The notes: generated by a model not told the origin, from the letters alone. Counted from the whole stretch's first letter, positions 37,131 to 48,600 are shown. The stretch: DNA of 62,985 nucleotides, filler included, from Octopus bimaculoides (GCF_001194135.2; 6 parts of 6 records of this genome joined end to end with filler, not necessarily neighbours in it); one strand, 5' to 3'. Program-made: numbers and translations.

Positions 37131-39745
37131 TCAGTTTTCATGTTTTTATAAAATGATTTCACTGCACTACCGAGCGCAGCTCTATGTATCTTGGGTATGT
37201 GCTGTGGTTTGTTGTCATGCTTTTTCTTTTTACTGCATTGACAGTGTTTTACGTAGGATGTGGGCGGTGCCTAGTAGTGCTATTTTCTGTATCTTATATA
37301 TACTTCTTAGGCCTGACGTTTTATCATACCCAATGAGGTTACTATGATAGTAACTATCATAGTAACAATTGTTTTTGTCTTAGACTCGAGTTATCTCTGT
37401 TTCCAGACCCTTGTATTTTGAAAGTTTCTCCGTTTCTTTTAGAGAAACATTGTCATCTGTTGGTATTGATAGGTCGATTAGAAAGTATATTCATTCTTGG
37501 TGACCTCTGACAACTATATTCGGCCTATTGGCCTTAAATTCTCTATCCTGTTTGTATTGGCATATCCCAGAATGTGGTTGCTTTCTCCTTTTCTGTGATC
37601 TTTTCTGGCGTGTGCTTACACCATCTTTTTTCTGCTGTTATTCTATAGTGTTGGCATTACTTCCAGTATATATAGGCCCCAATTCTGTCGTGTCTGTGAA
37701 TATATTCCTTCTTATCCTGGACTGGACAACCAGAGAGACAATATGATTTATTGTTTCTTGTCCATCTCCACATATTCTGCTTTTACTTGTATTTCTTTTC
37801 ATTATATGCTTTTCGTAATTTCTGGCGGGAATGTTTTGATCTTGTCCTGCAATTAAAACTCATTCTGTTCCTGCTTTGAGTCTTGAGCTTCTCAGCCATT
37901 GTCGGGATTTTGTTTTGTCTATTTATTTTCTATTTAAGTTACCCCAGTAATTGCCATGAAGGTGCTTTTATTGTCATCATTTTAACATGATCCGTTGCTG
38001 TTTCAGTTTTAGTTTGGATTACAGTTGTTTTACAGCCTTGTTGTTTCTTCTTTGTCTTCTTAGGTACTATGAATGCTTCTTTTGTATTTGTCAGCTTCCT
38101 TAAAGACTGAAAACATTTTTTTTTGTTTTTCTTGTGCTTTGTGGCTATTTCATTAGTTTTCCTTGTTTCGGATGTAGGTATTTCTGTAGTCCTATGGTGG
38201 TTATTTTGTAATAGTCTTCGAGCTGTATAAGGCCTCTACCACCTTCGATACGTTGTATATATAATCTTTCTATGTCAGGGTTTGGCAGGTGTATCCTAAA
38301 TTCTGTCATTAATTTTTTGTTTTCCTGTCTAGTTAAATTAGCTCATTAACAGACCACTTAAAAACATTGTAGCTGTAACTTATAAATGGGACGGCTAGTG
38401 TGATGATACCTATTATCTTGTTTTTCACATTGAGCTCTGTCTTCAGCATTAATCTAACTTGTCTATAGTATTCTTTTCTTATCTTCTCTTTCATTTTGTG
38501 TGTTGTATCGTATCTAATTCATTGATTCCTAGGTATGTGTATGTCTGGTTTTGGTCTAATCGTATTTCATCGGCTTTATCTAATGTGATGTTGCTATTTT
38601 TAATTTGTTTTCTTTTTTCAAGGTTGATTTGGCACATCTTTCTAAGCCAAAGTTCATGTTTATTTCTTTGGTAAATCCATGTACTGTCTGCAGTAATTTT
38701 TCCAGCTGTTTATTATTTCTAGCGCACAAATTTAAATCATCCGTATATATGAGGTGGCTGGTTGTTTGCCGTAACAGTTCTATCCACATCCAGTTCTTTT
38801 TAGCATGTCAGATAAGGGTGTCAGTGCTAAGCAGAAAAGGAGTGGAGAGGGCATGATTCCCTGAAATATTCGTCCTCTAATGGGGATGGATTTGTTTTTT
38901 ATGAGTCCCTCTTTTGTCTGGAGCTATAACACTGTCTGCCATTTATTCATGGAGTGCTTTATATATCTTATGATTATTGGTGGTACCTTGTTCATGGCTA
39001 GTGCTGCTAGGATCCATGTGTGGGAAATACTATCAAAACCCTATCGGTAATCGATCTAGGCCATGCTGAAACCCTTCTTCTTTCTGTGGCTGTCCTTCTT
39101 TATGGCTTTATTGATCAGTAGCTGATCTGTAGAGCCGTATGGGCCCTTGCAATATCCCTTCTCTTCTGGAAACAATATGTTTTCTTCCAGATGTTTGTTT
39201 ATTTGCTGCGATATTATTGCAGTAAAAGCTTTGTAAATTATAGGGAGACAAGTTATCGATCTGTAATTTTGTGGGTTTACCTCTTCAGTGGATTTGGGAA
39301 TTAAGATAGGTTTCTCTTCCGAAAGCCATTCAGGCATTGTCTCTGGCACTGTTAGTATTTCATTAAACCTCTCAGCCAGCTTTTTGTGTTCCTGTTAAGT
39401 ACTTTAACAAGACCTTGGGGATCTTATCGTACCCGGGTGCCTTCCAGTTGCTTAGTTTTTGCAGTGCCTGTGTGATCTCTTCAGTTGTTATAGGGGTCCA
39501 TAGTTTTCAGGTGCTGTGTTCGTTGTTTTGTTTTGATAGATCTTTTTTAAGGTTGTTCCTTCGCCGACCATATTTCTTTCCAAAATTCTTCAACTTCTTG
39601 TGTTGTTGGTAATGCATTGATCTCTATTTTATTTTTGCCGAGTTCTTGGTAGAATCTTTTGGGTTTGGAGTTGAACTGTTTGTTTACTTTAAAAAAATGT
39701 TGACGTTTCTCGTAGCGGTGGATTCTTTGTTTCTTTGCGAGTGAC
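37131..39745 (-). mobile_element. R4/Dong-like RLE LINE copy 2 (RT, zinc knuckle, endonuclease), decayed and 5'-truncated
   Basis: NWKAPGYDKI; ILIPK..NPQNYRSITCLPIIYK; PEE-KGYCKG; IFQG; SHLIYTDDL (YxDD); RICGDGQETINHI; NRPNIV; C-terminus QKIALLGTAHILRKTLSMQ* with stop at 37230-37232; tail (TAA)n at 37045-37131. Confidence 0.92.
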
Positions 39746-39961
39746 GGAGATGATACACAGTTAAAATATATTTCATTTGGAAAATGGAAATAATTCTTAA
39801 TGAGTATTACTTACCCAGATATAGTCCAACACTTTTAATGAATATTACTTATTCAGGTATAGTCCAACACTTTGTCAGTGTGGAGAGCATGTTTACACGT
39901 GTTGTGCGAGAGACGGAGGTGATGCTCAGTTAGAACACATCATTTCATTCGGAAAATAGAA

Positions 39962-40220
39962 GTATATTTAAATGTGCATTATTTACCCGGATATAGTCCA
40001 ACACATTGTCAGATATTTTAGGCGCTATTTTTTGTCTTTATTCCCAGTGTTTTTGGATAGATTTCGGAGCAGTGTCTTATTGCTCTCACATGTATATTTA
40101 AATGTGCATTATTTACCCGGATATAGTCCAACACATTGTCAGATATTTCAGGCGCTATTTTTTGTCTTTATTCCCAGTGTTTTTGGATAGATTTCGGAGC
40201 AGTGTCTTATTGCTCTCACA
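39962..40220. repeat. 130-bp near-perfect tandem duplication at a contig end
   Basis: 39962-40090 versus 40092-40220, one substitution seen; TATAGTCCAACAC also occurs at 39820 and 39858. Confidence 0.85.
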
Positions 40221-40367
40221 NNNNNNNNNNNNNNNNNNNNNNNNNNNNNNNNNNNNNNNNNNNNTTAATTAATTAANNNNNNNNNNNNNNNNNNNNNNNN
40301 NNNNNNNNNNNNNNNNNNNNGGTAGTTCGGGAGTGAGTGGGAGAGCCGGTTGAATGATCTATAGATC

Positions 40368-40661
40368 AGGGGGGGGGGCGTGTGGTGTTATGGGCTGTGA
40401 TGAGCTGTGTGTTGTGGTGGAGAGAGGTGAGGCAAACAGAAGTGAAGCCAGACCGGAAGGGCTAGACCGGAAGGGTCAGACCGGAAGTCGGCGACACGCG
40501 GTCGAAGGCTAGCACGTGGGGTCAGTCAGAAAACAGAGAGGTTACGAGAAAGACGTGTTCTGATCAGGAACGATCGTGTACTCCGCTGTGGTCGACAAGG
40601 TAAGGTCCAACGTTTCATTCTGTCCTTTTGCTTCTTGTCTTTTTTCCTCCATCACACCACA
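40368..40661 (+). mobile_element. LTR retrotransposon 3' LTR (40381-40661) with polypurine tract, gypsy-like
   Basis: PPT AGGGGGGGGGGCG directly precedes TGTGGTGTTATGG; the end CCATCACACCACA is a 12/13 inverse match (TG...CA). An upstream frame ends SRLNDL* just before the PPT. Confidence 0.75.
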
Positions 40662-40923
40662 ATATCCCCAATGGTTATATTGTTTTGATAACATAATAGG
40701 TTAGATAGGACAATGTTTATATTACAATATTACAATAACCAATAAAATGTTGTGCATGTTTAGTAATATTACGATCATGAAATTAGTATTAGCTTATCTC
40801 ATTCTTTCTCATGGATGCCCTAAGAACCTTTTGTGGAACCCTGGTTGAGAAACACTGATTTAAGCAATAAAGTTGCTGGCAATAAATGTCTGCATTGCTG
40901 GTTTTGATATTAGAGGCGATTAA

Positions 40924-41120
40924 GGTGGTGAGCTGGCAGAATCGTTAGCACACCAGGTAAAATGTTTAGCAGCATTTCATCTGTCCTTACGTTCTGAGTT
41001 CAACTTTGCCTTTTATCCTTTCAGGATCAATAAAATAAGTACCAGTTGAACACTGGGGTTGAAGTAAATGGCTTATCCCTACCCATGATAAAGATGACCT
41101 TGTGCCAGAATTTGAAACCA
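40924..41120 (+). mobile_element. SINE family B
   Basis: GGTGGTGAGCTGGCAGAATCGTTAG...GAGTTCAA...AATAAAATAAGTACCAGTTGAACACTGGGG...TTTGAAACC. Confidence 0.85.
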
Positions 41121-41670
41121 ATTTTAGGAGTAGATTCTCATTTTGCTGAAAACCACTGCTGTTTTTCTATTCCTGCAGACATGTTGTTACCTATTTTTCA
41201 TCATTTGTAACAATTTGGTTCAGAAACTGGAGATTCTTAATCTTGACCAGGGACTACAGCAAATGGTGAGCATTGAATTTTAGTTCTCAAGTGAGGACCT
41301 ATGGGGTGGTGGGTGGGATGGNNNNNNNNNNNNNNNNNNNNNNNNNNNNNNNNNNNNNNNNNNNNNNNNNNNNNNNNNNNNNNNNNNNNNNNNNNNNNNN
41401 NNNNNNNNNNNNNNNNNNNNNNNNNNNNNNNNNNNNNNNNNNNNNNNNNNNNNNNNNNNNNNNNNNNNNNNNNNNNNNNNNNNNNNNNNNNNNNNNNNNN
41501 NNNNNNNNNNNNNNNNNNNNNNNNNNNNNNNNNNNNNNNNNNNNNNNNNNNNNNNNNNNNNNNNNNNNNNNNNNNNNNNNNNNNNNNNNNNNNNNNNNNN
41601 NNNNNNNNNNNNNNNNNNNNNNNNNNNNNNNNNNNNNNNNAGCAGCAGCAGTAGTAGTAGTAGTAGTAGT

Positions 41671-41737
<67 letters not shown>

Positions 41738-41959
41738 TGGGGTTATGTGCTATAACAACAAACCACTGCATCCACCCTTTGTTGATGGTTTCTTATTCTG
41801 GGTGAACGACATTTTTGCACCATTCGGGTGCCAACCCTCCAACATATAGATCTGTTTGAGTTAATCATTGCTGGGTGACGGTTTTGCTGGTTGGAGTGAG
41901 TGCAAATCCTACCTTAACCTCTTCTAGTTGCCTTTTATGACATGCAGAGGAGACGCTGT

Positions 41960-42113
41960 GTCTAATCTTTGGCATACTGGTCCCCACACAACACTAGAGA
42001 AACATGAAATGAAGTGTTTTGCTCAAAAACACAAACACTCCTGCCTGATCCAAGAGCCAAACCCATGATCTAGTGGTTGTGAGTATCATACCCTAACCAC
42101 TTAGTCAATAGCC
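41960..42113 (-). mobile_element. SINE family D, degenerate
   Basis: AAACATGAAATGAAGTGTTTTGCTCAA...CCCTAACCACT, as at 33571. Confidence 0.6.
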
Positions 42114-42289
42114 TTTGCGTAAAAGGTATTGAAATAACTAACATTTTTAACACAATGGTGGTGTCCCAACATGACTGCAGCTTTAAGACTTGTGGAGGAA
42201 GAGTGAAGCACCTTTCTGTGCAACCACAATTCCTTACATTAGCTCCAAGGAAAACTGGTAACAAGGTTTTCTGAACAACATAACAATAT

Positions 42290-42482
42290 TTGCAGCGTGG
42301 AAGGTGTTTATAAGCCATTTAAAATAACACACAAAGACCGTTAGCACAGAATTTTGCCAGTGAACAGGTCGTGGTCTCAAAGCAACGAAAATATTTTGAC
42401 AAATTAAATTTAAATGTTGAAGTGAATCTATCGGTCTTTGTGTGTTATTTTAAATGGCTTATAAACACCTTGCATGCTGCAA
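42290..42482. mobile_element. MITE-like element, about 195 bp, with about 53-bp terminal inverted repeats
   Basis: TTGCAGCGTGGAAGGTGTTTATAAGCCATTTAAAATAACACACAAAGACCG and its inverse at about 42432-42482; a single TIR copy at 31738-31775. Confidence 0.85.
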
Positions 42483-42837
42483 TTGTTTTCATTCCAGCAC
42501 ACGATCTCACATCAGGTCACTTGCTATACAAGTACATCTCTGTAATAACAATATTTATTTTTCACAATAATCCAGCTCACATCTCGGGAAGATAAGTAGC
42601 CAGGTTGCCTGGTGTGAAGTGGAAACGGCATCGGTTAAGTCATACGGGTGAAGTCATCCTACACAGGTTAGCCAAATGTCGGCTTCATTATAGGGCTGAC
42701 AGAGCAATTGCCCATGCGTCCAGCTGCAGTGAAAGTCAGCGTTCGAAAAAGGTCAAGTGGCGGTAAAGCCTTGAAATGGTGATGACTACACATGCCCATG
42801 AGGGACCTCTGGCAGGCCTTCCAGAAGACCAATCCCT

Positions 42838-43143
42838 GCCTTGTGAGTGGATTTGGTAGACGGAAACTGAAAGAAGCCCGTCGTATATATGTATATATGT
42901 ATACATATATATGTATATATATGTGTATGTGTTTGTGTGTCTGTGTTTGTCCCCCCAACATCTCTTGACAACCAATGCTGGTGTGTTTACATCCCCGTAA
43001 CTTAGCGGTTTGGCTAAAGCGACCGATAGAATAAGTACTAGGCTTACAAAGCATAAGTCCTGGGGTCGATTAGCTCGACAAAAAAGGTAGTGCTCCAGCA
43101 TGGCCGTAGTCAAATGACTGAAACAAGTAAAAGAGTAAAGAGT
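42838..43143 (+). mobile_element. SINE family A, 5'-truncated
   Basis: Begins GCCTTGTGAGTGGATTTGG and ends in GTAAAAGAG repeats. Confidence 0.9.
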
Positions 43144-43532
43144 AAGCAGATTAAATTTAAGAACATCCTCCACTTTGAACTTTTCTCGGACTATTCTACC
43201 TGGATTCTCTACCTGGACTTTCTTCTACTCTCCTAAACCTACACTCCTACACTTCGGCTGCACCTCTACTATCCATGGATTACACTGTACTCTTCCTTTG
43301 ATGAGAAATCGCTCCAATACACCACAATGTTTGAACCTTTTGAACTCTTCTAAACATTTTTGTACTTTCTGCTTTTTCGTATTGTTGATTCCATGATAGA
43401 TTGCTAGCCACTAAACCTTTTTTCTGTTTTCACTCCCTGTTTATTTCTGTGTTCCTTTCTGTCGAAGAGCGTAGGCTCGAAACGTAAAAGACTTTCTCAC
43501 TTCCTGAGCGTGAAACTAACACATCTTATTTC

Positions 43533-43756
43533 TTTATTGCCCATAAGGGGCGAAACATAGAGGGGACAAACAAGGACAGACAAAAGGATTAAGTCAATTA
43601 CATCGACCCCAGTGCGTAATTGGTACTTAATTTATCGACCCCGAAAGGATGAAAGACAAAGTCGACCTTGGCGGAATTTGAACTCAGAACGTAAAGACAG
43701 ACAAAATACCACTGAGCATTTCGCCCAGTGTGCTAATGTTTCTTCCAGCTCACCAC
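43533..43756 (-). mobile_element. SINE family B head and core with an alternative tail ending GGGCAATAAAGAAATAA
   Basis: B head and core at 43593-43756; the tail differs from all other B copies in the window. Confidence 0.8.
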
Positions 43757-44074
43757 TGTTTGTTGTTTACACACCCGTCTTCGTCTTTTGTTTTTTTGGT
43801 AAATTCTCACTATATTAATTCATATCCTGCTTTAAGTATTGTGTCAAGTATAACTTTCAGCAAGACACCCTACTAGTTTAAATGTTGATACCAACCAGTG
43901 AGCTTCTAGGCAGTTACTCAGGTTTCCAGAAGTAGTAACCAAATTCCCTCAAATATATTGTGGAATACATAAATTATAGTTATATCTTTCATTGACTTGG
44001 GGAAAATATTCAAAATTAAGTTTATCGTTAATTGAATCCAGAACCATGATATAAAATGGTTAAAATATATTCAG

Positions 44075-45256
44075 TAGGCATAGGAGTGGCTGTGTGGTAA
44101 GTAGTTTGCTTACCAACCACATGGTTCCGGGTTCAGTCCCACTGCGTGGCATCTTGGGCAAGTGTCTTCTACTATAGCCTCGGGCCGACCAAAGCCTTGT
44201 GAGTGGATTTGGTAGACGGAAACTGAAAGAAGCCCGTCAGGCCTAGAGGTTCGGGCATGTAACACCATTTCAAAATATCATCCGATAATCACTCCGGAAA
44301 GGAATATTCGGATAGAATGGGGCCTGCCAAAACTAGGCTGAAACAGCTGTAAGATTAAACTTCTGTTCATCCTCTAATTCCTTATGTACTTTGTACTTCT
44401 ATATGTAAACCATGTTGGCAAAATAACATAGTCTGCCATGGACACCTGTGCTTTGGTTCTTTTTTTCTTTTTCTTTTCTNNNNNNNNNNNNNNNNNNNNN
44501 NNNNNNNNNNNNNNNNNNNNNNNNNNNNNNNNNNNNNNNNNNNNNNNNNNNNNNNNNNNNNNNNNNNNNNNNNNNNNNNNNNNNNNNNNNNNNNNNNNNN
44601 NNNNNNNNNNNNNNNNNNNNNNNNNNNNNNNNNNNNNNNNNNNNNNNNNNNNNNNNNNNNNNNNNNNNNNNNNNNNNNNNNNNNNNNNNNNNNNNNNNNN
44701 NNNNNNNNNNNNNNNNNNNNNNNNNNNNNNNNNNNNNNNNNNNNNNNNNNNNNNNNNNNNNNNNNNNNNNNNNNNNNNNNNNNNNNNNNNNNNNNNNNNN
44801 NNNNNNNNNNNNNNNNNNNNNNNNNNNNNNNNNNNNNNNNNNNNNNNNNNNNNNNNNNNNNNNNNNNNNNNNNNNNNNNNNNNNNNNNNNNNNNNNNNNN
44901 NNNNNNNNNNNNNNNNNNNNNNNNNNNNNNNNNNNNNNNNNNNNNNNNNNNNNNNNNNNNNNNNNNNNNNNNNNNNNNNNNNNNNNNNNNNNNNNNNNNN
45001 NNNNNNNNNNNNNNNNNNNNNNNNNNNNNNNNGTGTATATGTTTGTGTGTCTGCATTTGTCCCCCCAACATCGCTTGACAACCGATGCTGGTGTGTTTAC
45101 ATCCCCGTAACTTAGCAGTTCGGCAAAAAGTGACTGATAGAATAAGTACTAGGCTTCCAAAGAATAAGTCCTGGGGTCGATTTGCTTGACTAAAGACGGT
45201 GCTCCAGCATGGCCACAGTCAAATGACTGAAACAAGTAAAAGAGTAAAAGAGTAAA
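44075..45256 (+). mobile_element. SINE family A in two halves (44075-44238 and 45033-45256) separated by unrelated DNA and a gap
   Basis: The 5' half stops at GAAGCCCGTC, where the internal microsatellite normally starts; the 3' half resumes at GTGTATATGTTTGTGTGTCTG. Confidence 0.75.
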
Positions 45257-45422
45257 GGAGAGAGTTGGTAAACAAGTAGAGACTAAAGACTCAAGAGGAC
45301 TCCTTAGTCTTACTGAGGGTATAACTATCTTGCTTGTGATGGTGCTATGATACAGTCTACTATGATTGGACTGTGAAGTGGTTGGTGATCAAACAGAGGC
45401 AACACAGCATTGTGAAGATCAT

Positions 45423-45468
45423 TTAACCCATTACCTACCAGTGATCTCATATGAGATCACTTAAAAAT
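45423..45468 (+). mobile_element. piggyBac-like element terminus with subterminal palindrome
   Basis: TTAA followed by CCC, and the perfect 22-bp palindrome AGTGATCTCATATGAGATCACT (45440-45461); truncated by the contig end. Confidence 0.45.
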
Positions 45469-46143
45469 NNNNNNNNNNNNNNNNNNNNNNNNNNNNNNNN
45501 NNNNNNNNNNNNTTAATTAATTAANNNNNNNNNNNNNNNNNNNNNNNNNNNNNNNNNNNNNNNNNNNNTATATATATGCATATGTATAGGTCTCTGTGTG
45601 CTACTGTGTATCTATATATCTATATATACAAGTAAAGATACATACATACATACATACATACATACATACATACATACATACATACATGCATACATACATA
45701 CATACATGAAACTATTACAGGCTCTTTCCTAATGTGTCTTAAATAGATGTTTATCTGGCACTGGACGGAATATATTTTTGTTGATTCTAACCATGTGTGT
45801 GTGTGTGTGTCAGTCTGTCTGTTTGTCTGAATGTGTCTGTGTGTGCGCGCTCGTGTGCATGTATGTGTGTGTTTGTGTGTGTGTGTAATATATATAATCA
45901 GAAATGTGTTCATCTATATTGTCATTCCATCCCAAGTTTCTATTCTGTTCTTCTTCTTCCCTGTCCGCTGCCGCGTCTTCTACACCTCCTATTGGTTCTC
46001 AAACAAATATGGCGGTTTTATTCCATTTTACCGTTTATTATTTTTATATCTTTCGTCCTTGAATTTGCACTCAAACATTATTAACAGTAATGTAATCACT
46101 ACAAACGACATTATTAAAAGATATTCATCAATATTATGATTGC

Positions 46144-46203
<60 letters not shown>

Positions 46204-46361
46204 CATTATCATGGTTACTTTTTATATTAATGTTGACATAAAGCATATCAACATCAGCATCAGCATAAGCGTCATCATCATGATCAGCATCACCATTAAC
46301 ACTGTTGTTGTTGTTGCTGCTGCTGTTGTTGTTGTTATTGTTAAGGTTGCAAACCTTAACG

Positions 46362-46503
46362 TCGCTATGTTCGGAGTTCAAATGCAGCCGTGGTCGACTT
46401 AGCCTTTCGTCCCTTCGAGTCGATAAAATAAGTATCAGTTAAGTACTGGGGTCGATGTAATCGGTGAGCCACTTACCCCAAAATTTCAAACCTTGTGACT
46501 AGA
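46362..46503 (+). mobile_element. SINE family B 3' part
   Basis: GGAGTTCAAATG..GTCGATAAAATAAGTATCAGTTAAGTACTGGGGTCGATGTAATCG. Confidence 0.75.
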
Positions 46504-46519
46504 GTGCACCTTTTGCCTT

Positions 46520-47310
46520 ATTATTGCTGTATTTTTTGCCGCTGCAGCCACTCTTGTCTGCTGCTGTGCAAGTGAATGACATTAATTTGGATCACCGAAG
46601 TTATTACTAAACCTTTCAGCTCCCAGTAAGCATATTAAACTTATGGAGATGGACCGAAGAAATCACATATCTTTAAGCTCCGAGGCCGTCTATCTTAGAT
46701 TTTAAGCAACCTGTATTATCCTTATCTACTGGTCAGCAGTATACGGTCTACATATGATCTAGGTGACCCGATGTCCACGTCCACATTGGCACATTTGAGA
46801 AAATGCAGTCGATAACTATCACACGGATGGAATTATATGAACATGATTACGAACATTTTGCACCCCACTCTCCTATCGGTTTACCCTATACAATTTACAT
46901 ATGTTTCTTCACAACGTTTCATTCACCCACTAACACAAAAGAACCAAACGTTGAGAGGAAAATGGTTGGGACGTGTGAAGAAATGTTGTTGCCCCGTATA
47001 GACAGTTATTAGTCTGAAAGCACTCCTTTCCCTACCTTTCACATCCAGGACCAGCTTTTACCATCTTTGTCCATGATAATAATTTGTATCGTGAGACCCA
47101 GAACTTTCCCTAACAACTCAGTAGCTTCCTGTCTCCGTCGAGTTAGTGAATTGTACACTTCATATAAACAGAAAATTGGCTTTAAGACTCGTAGCTCCGA
47201 AATTCCGGTTTCACTGATGGCAACCACATCTATATTTAGTGATCTGAAGGCGTTGAGAAGATGGTCTTGCTTCCATGGTCACTGCAGGCCACCTACATTT
47301 TGCCATTTAT
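46520..47310 (-). mobile_element. L1/Tx1-like LINE APE endonuclease remnant, heavily decayed
   Basis: KQDHLLNAFRSLNIDVVAISET...LLGKVLGLTIQIIIMDKDGK, and further on RSYVDRILL, in broken frames. Confidence 0.5.
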
Positions 47311-48384
47311 TCGACTTTGCCATGTAAGTCGGAAAGAAGTGAGAAACCCCGCTTATCTTAGTCCAATGGAGTGGATCTCTATATATTCTTTTATTTAAAT
47401 TCCCCCTGATGTCTCCTACGCCGTTGGGATATTTTTAAAACTGTATGTCTTGTGATATTTGAATGATTTTTATGTTTGCTGAAATGCTATTCGTTAATGT
47501 AATGGCCTTAATATGCGGTAGGTTTGTGTCAGTGTCTACGGTCCATTAGTATTTAATTGCTTGTTTAGTGCCGTGTTGATAATGATGTCTGTGTTTTTTT
47601 TTTTTTTGCTTTTTTTTTCGTCTGACAGTGTGTTCTGACTATCAATGCATGTAGGAATTAGGCTGTGATGTGTTTGTAATAGTGGTGTCTGTGTGGTGGT
47701 GGTGGTGNNNNNNNNNNNNNNNNNNNNNNNNNNNNNNNNNNNNNNNNNNNNNNNNNNNNNNNNNNNNNNNNNNNNNNNNNNNNNNNNNNNNNNNNNNNNN
47801 NNNNNNNNNNNNNNNNNNNNNNNNNNNNNNNNNNNNNNNNNNNNNNNNNNNNNNNNNNNNNNNNNNNNNNNNNNNNNNNNNNNNNNNNNNNNNNNNNNNN
47901 NNNNNNNNNNNNNNNNNNNNNNNNNNNNNNNNNNNNNNNNNNNNNNTGGCTCATCGATCCCATCTTCACCACATGGCATGTTTGTGTAGTGTGAGCTGGG
48001 AAAGAACATATCTCGGGGATGTTAATGTTAGTATATATGTTGTTGTTATGTAATGTTTTGCTGCTTTGCTTTTGCTGTTTTCTGTGATACCTTGACATTG
48101 ATGGCGATGTACCATCTGTTGTTTTTGCTGTTTTCACTGTTGGTGCTTATAGTTACCGTTATGCTGTAGGTGCTGCTTAATATCACGAATGTGGAGTTGC
48201 AATCACAGTTACGGTGGTTGCATAATGTTGCTGTAGTTGTTGTAACTGTTTGTGCTGCAGTTCCTGCTGTCCTTGGATGTGTTGATGTTGTGGTGTATGC
48301 AGTAGTAGAGGCCTTTTTCAGCTGTCATTTTCTGTTATTGAAGGTTGGAAGGCCTTGAGATGATTGGTGTTTCCAAAGAATGCA

Positions 48385-48600
48385 CATAGCTTAGTGGTTT
48401 GAGTACGCAGCTCACAATAGTGATGTCGGGAGATCAATTCCCGTCAGCGCGTTGTGTCCTTGAACTAGACACAGTATTTCCCGTTACTTCAGTTATCATA
48501 GTCGTTCAAAATAAGTAGCAGTTGAGTACCAGCATCAATATAATTAGCTTACCCCCTCCCCGAAATAGCTGACCTTGTGTCATAATTTAAGACTATTATC
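48385..48600 (+). mobile_element. Chimeric SINE: family-D head and CORE-like domain plus family-B tail
   Basis: TAGCTTAGTGGTT...GATCAATTCC...TTGTGTCCTTGAACTAGACAC, then AAAATAAGTAGCAGTTGAGTAC...CTTACCCCCTCCCCGAAAT.GCTGACCTTGTG. Confidence 0.65.

Noticed and set aside
42600-42836. Coding-looking stretch FWKACQRSLMGMCSHHHFKALPPLDLFRTLTFTAAGRMGNC on the minus strand
   Set aside because: No family recognised, in-frame stops follow, and it is fused to a SINE; it needs a BLAST search before any call.
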